Shown: in pieces, positions 58,401-62,477 of the stretch
Layout of the letters: the number at the start of each line of letters is the position of its first letter
How positions within the stretch are numbered: the stretch's first letter is position 1
Source: Bacilli bacterium
GTDB lineage: Bacteria; Bacillota_I; Bacilli_A; RF39; UBA660
Direction of reading: 5' to 3'
Assembly (NCBI GenBank): GCA_017441845.1
Contig: JAFRVB010000001.1
Coordinates: forward strand, 1 to 62,477
DNA length: 62,477 nucleotides
The notes under the pieces: model-generated
What the model was told of the DNA's origin: nothing
Databases searched by the model: none
Seen by the model: the letters and a program-made list of their open reading frames with translations, nothing else
Translations under genes and position numbers: made by a program

Positions 58401-59385
58401 ATTCTGCTTGAACAGCTGTTATAGCAACAACTCCAACTATATCATCAGACGTACACCCTCTAGATAAATCATTTATAGGAGCAGCTATACCCTGAGTAAT
58501 AGGTCCATATGCTTCAGCTTTAGCTAATCTTTGTACTAACTTATATCCACTATTACCAGAATCTAAGTTAGGAAAGATTAAAACATTAGCTTTACCAGCA
58601 ACTTTAGATTCAGGTGCTTTACTCTTAGCAACCTCTTTATCTACAGCAGCGTCTACTTGTAATTCTCCATCTACCCTTAATTTAGGATATTTCTTTTTAG
58701 CTATCTTAGTAGCTTTAATAACTTTATCAACTAATACATGTTTAGCACTACCCATAGTAGAATGAGATATCATTGCAACATAAGCATCTTTTTCTACTAA
58801 CTTTTCAAATGAATCAGCACTATCTTTTGCAATTGCTGCTAACTTAGTCGCATCAGGATCTTGTACTAACCCAGAATCCGCAAAGATAAATGTACCATCA
58901 GCACCATACTTACAATCAGGTACTATCATCAAGAAGAATGCTGATACTAAAGTAGAATCTTTTCTAGTCTTAATTATCTGTAATGCAGGTCTTAAAGTAT
59001 TAGCTGAAGAGTGACATGCTCCAGATACAACACCATCAGCCATACCAATCTTAACTAACATACAAGCATAATACATATAATCATTCATTATTAAATCTTT
59101 TGCTTCTTCGATAGTTAAACCTTTATCTTTTCTTAATTCAAATAACTTATTAATAATATCATCAGTTAATTCTTTATCTTTTTCTGGATCAATTATCTTA
59201 GCTTTACTTAAATTAAGACCTTTACTATCAAAAGAATCCTTATTACCAATAAGAATAATATTAGCTATATCTTCTTTTAAAATCTTATCAGCAGCTTCTA
59301 AAACTCTTCTATCCATAGTTTCAGGTAATACTATGGTTTTTTTATTCTTTTTAGCTCTTTCTATAATATTATTTATAAAACTCAT
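58399..59385 (-). CDS. pta: Phosphate acetyltransferase
   Basis: IVLPE, ADGVVSGA, LRPALQII, DGELQ.DAA, ANVLIFPNL.SGN.GYK, P.NDLSRG. Confidence 0.96.
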   Translation of the reverse strand: MSFINNIIERAKKNKKTIVLPETMDRRVLEAADKILKEDIANIILIGNKDSFDSKGLNLSKAKIIDPEKDKELTDDIINKLFELRKDKGLTIEEAKDLIMNDYMYYACMLVKIGMADGVVSGACHSSANTLRPALQIIKTRKDSTLVSAFFLMIVPDCKYGADGTFIFADSGLVQDPDATKLAAIAKDSADSFEKLVEKDAYVAMISHSTMGSAKHVLVDKVIKATKIAKKKYPKLRVDGELQVDAAVDKEVAKSKAPESKVAGKANVLIFPNLDSGNSGYKLVQRLAKAEAYGPITQGIAAPINDLSRGCTSDDIVGVVAITAVQAE

Positions 59386-59936
59386 TAATCTCCAACCTCT
59401 TCATCCTTATTAATTATCTCTTCTATTTCTTTATCCTCATCACTGTAAAAATCTTTCTTTCTATAACCACATAATAAACCAATTATATTACTAGGAAATG
59501 ATCTAATTAATTTATTATATTTAGTTACTGAATCATTATAGAATTTAATAGTACCAATTCTATCTTCTTCATTATCTTGTAATTCTAATAATATTTTATT
59601 AATAGTATCACTCTTTAATAATTTTTCATTATCATCTATAGTAGCCATTAATTCATTATAACAATGACTTAATATCTTATTTAGTTGAAATAAATTCATT
59701 TTCTCTTTATCATACCCATCTAATTCAGATAAATATTCATCATATTTTAATTCTTTCTTAATAACAGGGATACTTCTTTCAATTAAATCTTTTTCTTTAT
59801 CTAAGAAAATACTTAAGTTATCCTCAGCTTCTTGTATCTTAATAATTGAAAAATTATATCTATTTTTAAATATTACAAATATTAACGCAAGAAAACATAA
59901 TATTGTAAGTATAGTTAATATTACTTCGTAATTCAT
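59385..59936 (-). CDS. LemA family protein
   Basis: N-terminal TM, L.D.E.....FYND.V..YN..I.SFPSNIIG. Confidence 0.8.
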   Translation of the reverse strand: MNYEVILTILTILCFLALIFVIFKNRYNFSIIKIQEAEDNLSIFLDKEKDLIERSIPVIKKELKYDEYLSELDGYDKEKMNLFQLNKILSHCYNELMATIDDNEKLLKSDTINKILLELQDNEEDRIGTIKFYNDSVTKYNKLIRSFPSNIIGLLCGYRKKDFYSDEDKEIEEIINKDEEVGD

Positions 59937-60028
59937 AATAATCACCTCTACTATAAAAATTATATCACAAATTTATAATTTATAAATACTATTAATTGTG
60001 TTATAATACACTTAATTGAGGTGGTACT

Positions 60029-60367
60029 ATGTCAAGAATGAAAATAAGTTATAGTATTAAAAATGAATATGATGACATAAATAGTGTGACTAAAGCGAAT
60101 TTAAAGGATAATATATTATCTTATAAAGAAGAAGATAAAACTAAAGTTACATATGATTATGATAATCGGAGACTTGAGAGAACTAACGATACTATGTCAA
60201 TGGTATACGATTTTAAGAATGGAGACGCTATCGTTGATGTTAAACATGTTGGTTCGACAATAAAATTAAAATTAGAATCATTAGAATATTCTAATGATAA
60301 TTATAATTTAATAGAAAAATATAAGTTAGAAGATGAAATAATAGAATATAGAATAGAGGTTTTATAA
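60029..60367 (+). CDS. Hypothetical protein, probable DUF1934/YwiB-like
   Basis: Beta-rich small ORF overlapping the argS start. This position matches ywiB-argS synteny, but sequence support is weak. Confidence 0.45.
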   Translation: MSRMKISYSIKNEYDDINSVTKANLKDNILSYKEEDKTKVTYDYDNRRLERTNDTMSMVYDFKNGDAIVDVKHVGSTIKLKLESLEYSNDNYNLIEKYKLEDEIIEYRIEVL

Positions 60368-62109
60368 TGAACATAATAAAAGATATAAATAAGGAGTTAT
60401 TAGATATCTTTGAGAAAGCAGGATACCCAGTAGAATCAATTGAATTAAAACCTTCTCAAAGAAAAGATTTAGGTGATTTTCAAATAAATGATTGTATGAA
60501 ACTTGCTTCAGTATATCATAAAGCTCCTGTACAAATAGCTAATGATATCAAGGAATTACTTGATAAAGATGATAAATTTACTAATGTTAATATAGCTGGA
60601 CCTGGTTTTATTAATATTACATTAAGTGATAATTATATAATTGATTCAGTTAATAAGATAGTGCCAAATCCAGAAGATTTAATAGAAAAATTAAGTGATG
60701 AAACTGTGGTAATCGACTATGGTGGAGCTAATGTTGCGAAAGCTCTTCATGTTGGACATTTAAGAAGTGCGAATATCGGAGAAGCTTTAAAGAGATTAGC
60801 CCAAAAAGTAGGTTATAAGGTAGTTGGAGATGCTCACTTAGGAGACTATGGTAGACCACTTGGTTTTGTTGAAACTGAAATAAAAAGAAGATATCCTGAT
60901 CTTCCATTCTTTGATGAAAATTTTGAAGGTAATTATGATGATGTAGAATTACCAATCTCAAATGAAGATTTAGAAGAGATTTATCCAATCGCTTCAGCTA
61001 AAGCTAAAGAAGATGAAGAATATTTAGAAGAAGGAAGAATCATTACTAATAAGATTCAACATCATGAAAAAGGATATTATGATTTATGGAAAAGAATCGT
61101 TGATATCTCTAAAGCAGATATTAAAACTTGTTATGATGAATTAAATGTTGATTTCGAATTATGGAATGGTGAAAGTGATGCTGTAGAGTATTTCGATGAT
61201 TTAGATAAATTAGTAAAAGAGAAAAATTTAGTTAGAGAAAGTGAAGGAGCTCAAGTAATTGATGTTGCTGAAGAGACTGATAAGATTGATATTCCACCAC
61301 TTTTATATATTAAGAGTAATGGATCTATCTCTTATGCTACAACAGATCTTTGTACTTTAGTTCAAAGAAAGAAAGAGAATGATCCAGATGAAATATGGTA
61401 TGTTGTTGATCATAGACAATCTCTTCACTTTACTCAAGTATTTAGAGCGATAGAGAAGTTAGGTGTATTTAAACAAGATCAATTGACTCATGTTGGTTAT
61501 GGAACAATGAATGGATCAGATGGTAAACCATATAAGACTAGAGATGGCGGAATAATGACTTTAAAAGCTCTTTTAGAAGAAGTTTATGAGTCAACACTAA
61601 ATAGAATTAATAATGATAAAGTAACTAAAGAAGAAGCACCAGAGATAGCTAAAAAAGTATCAATTGCGGCACTTAAGTATGCTGACTTAACACCATCAGT
61701 AGATACAGATTATATCTTTGATATAGAGAAATTTACTGATATTGAAGGCAAAACAGGACCATATGTACTTTATTCAACTATCAGAATGAAATCATTATTA
61801 AATAACGCTAAAGACATGGATAATAATAAAATATCTTATATCGATAATGATTTAAAAGAAATGTATTTATCTATCTTAGATTTACCTAATGTATTAGAAA
61901 AAGCAATTAATGCTAAATCATTAAATGATATAACTGATTATTTATATATAATCACTTCTCAATTTAATACTTTCTATGCTAAAAACAAAGTATTAACAGA
62001 AGAAGATCTAGATAAGAGAACAACTTGGTTAACATTAACTAAAGTATTATTTGAAATATCTAATACACTATTAGATATCTTAGCTATAGAAGTACCAGAA
62101 AAGATGTAA
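60367..62109 (+). CDS. argS: Arginine--tRNA ligase
   Basis: GDFQ.N, AGPGFIN, DYGGANVAKALHVGHLRS, KPYKTRDG, terminal PEKM. Confidence 0.97.
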   Translation: MNIIKDINKELLDIFEKAGYPVESIELKPSQRKDLGDFQINDCMKLASVYHKAPVQIANDIKELLDKDDKFTNVNIAGPGFINITLSDNYIIDSVNKIVPNPEDLIEKLSDETVVIDYGGANVAKALHVGHLRSANIGEALKRLAQKVGYKVVGDAHLGDYGRPLGFVETEIKRRYPDLPFFDENFEGNYDDVELPISNEDLEEIYPIASAKAKEDEEYLEEGRIITNKIQHHEKGYYDLWKRIVDISKADIKTCYDELNVDFELWNGESDAVEYFDDLDKLVKEKNLVRESEGAQVIDVAEETDKIDIPPLLYIKSNGSISYATTDLCTLVQRKKENDPDEIWYVVDHRQSLHFTQVFRAIEKLGVFKQDQLTHVGYGTMNGSDGKPYKTRDGGIMTLKALLEEVYESTLNRINNDKVTKEEAPEIAKKVSIAALKYADLTPSVDTDYIFDIEKFTDIEGKTGPYVLYSTIRMKSLLNNAKDMDNNKISYIDNDLKEMYLSILDLPNVLEKAINAKSLNDITDYLYIITSQFNTFYAKNKVLTEEDLDKRTTWLTLTKVLFEISNTLLDILAIEVPEKM

Positions 62110-62128
62110 TAAAATTACATCTTTTTTT
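62099..62128 (+). terminator. Intrinsic terminator after argS
   Basis: aaaagatgtaat-aaa-attacatcttttttt. Confidence 0.75.
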
Positions 62129-62207
62129 AAAAAAGTGTTGTATTTATATTATTTATATAATATAATCGTATCGTTGATTTCAAATTATGTGTTCAGGAGG
62201 AATATAT

Positions 62208-62477
62208 ATGAAGTTAGATAAGATGAAAAAAGAAGATATAGAAGTATTATCAAACAAGGAGTTAACAACATTAATATTAAAAGAAGAAAAGAAACCTCAA
62301 ACTACAGCAGATTTATTCAAAAGAATTATTGGTTTATTAGAATTACCAGATTCTACTTTTGAAAATAAAATAGCTGAGTTTTATACACAATTAGCGACAG
62401 ATAAAGAATTTACTTTTTTAGATAATGGTAAATGGGATCTAAGTATTAATCATAAACAAGGTAACGCAACAGAAGAA
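62208..62477 (+). CDS. rpoE: RNA polymerase delta subunit (partial, runs off window)
   Basis: AGGAGG RBS. MKLDKMKKEDIEVLS..EL...IAEFYTQLATDKEFTFLDNGKWDL matches the FYT.L..D..F..L..G.W.L motif. argS-rpoE synteny. Confidence 0.85.
   Translation, partial: MKLDKMKKEDIEVLSNKELTTLILKEEKKPQTTADLFKRIIGLLELPDSTFENKIAEFYTQLATDKEFTFLDNGKWDLSINHKQGNATEE

Noticed and set aside
59946-60366. T-box leader for argS
   Set aside because: No T-box antiterminator consensus was seen, and the space is occupied by a CDS with a simple promoter.
7074-60988. Antisense and alternate-frame ORFs in the track (e.g. 7074, 7981, 9986, 10817, 11675, 12316, 14869, 24232, 25071, 25644, 29810, 30408, 32123, 32931, 37529, 38118, 42958, 43329, 52375, 52826, 54869, 60728)
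   Set aside because: They are shadows of well-supported genes, with F/L/S/I-rich composition typical of reverse-frame AT-rich codons and no recognisable motifs.
1-62477. Mycoplasma-type genetic code 4
   Set aside because: Conserved genes are full length under code 11, Trp is TGG, and TGA serves as a stop in ATGA overlaps (7007, 33845, 38812, 44177).

Overview
Replication-origin region of a very AT-rich Bacilli-like chromosome using standard code 11. The gene set (Noc, ComK, RicT, RpoE, giant pilin, no walRK here) suggests a reduced uncultured lineage such as RF39, which is my inference. Left of oriC the genes run on the minus strand: dnaA-dnaN-comK-recF-gyrB-gyrA, a parS cluster, SRP RNA-tadA-dnaX-ebfC-recR-holB-ricT-tRNA methylase-rsmI-pth-mfd and a giant type IV pilin. 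Right of oriC they run mostly on the plus strand: rpmH-rnpA-yidC-jag, an ~11.5 kb accessory block, mnmE-mnmG-rsmG-prdX-noc-parA-parB-mscS-abgT, ychF, rpsF-ssb-rpsR, DHH-rplI-dnaB-M23-walJ-rlmH-ung, two orphan paralogs, pta, lemA, argS and a partial rpoE. Features missing from the ORF track are rpmH, the SRP RNA, the S6:S18 leader, DnaA boxes and trios, parS and Noc-box sites, and a 51-aa ORF. Main highlights: (1) a split class III ribonucleotide reductase whose glycyl-radical loop (RITGYL) is a separate 51-aa gene overlapping nrdG, followed by a formate-type channel. (2) A 200-bp element interleaving three parS sites with a Noc box, plus a Noc lacking the membrane helix but carrying a long acidic linker. 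(3) comK inserted between dnaN and recF, behind three phased 0A-box-like repeats and an RBS-occluding hairpin. No mobile elements, CRISPR arrays, rRNA or tRNA genes were seen. All family assignments come from motif recognition by eye, not database searches.
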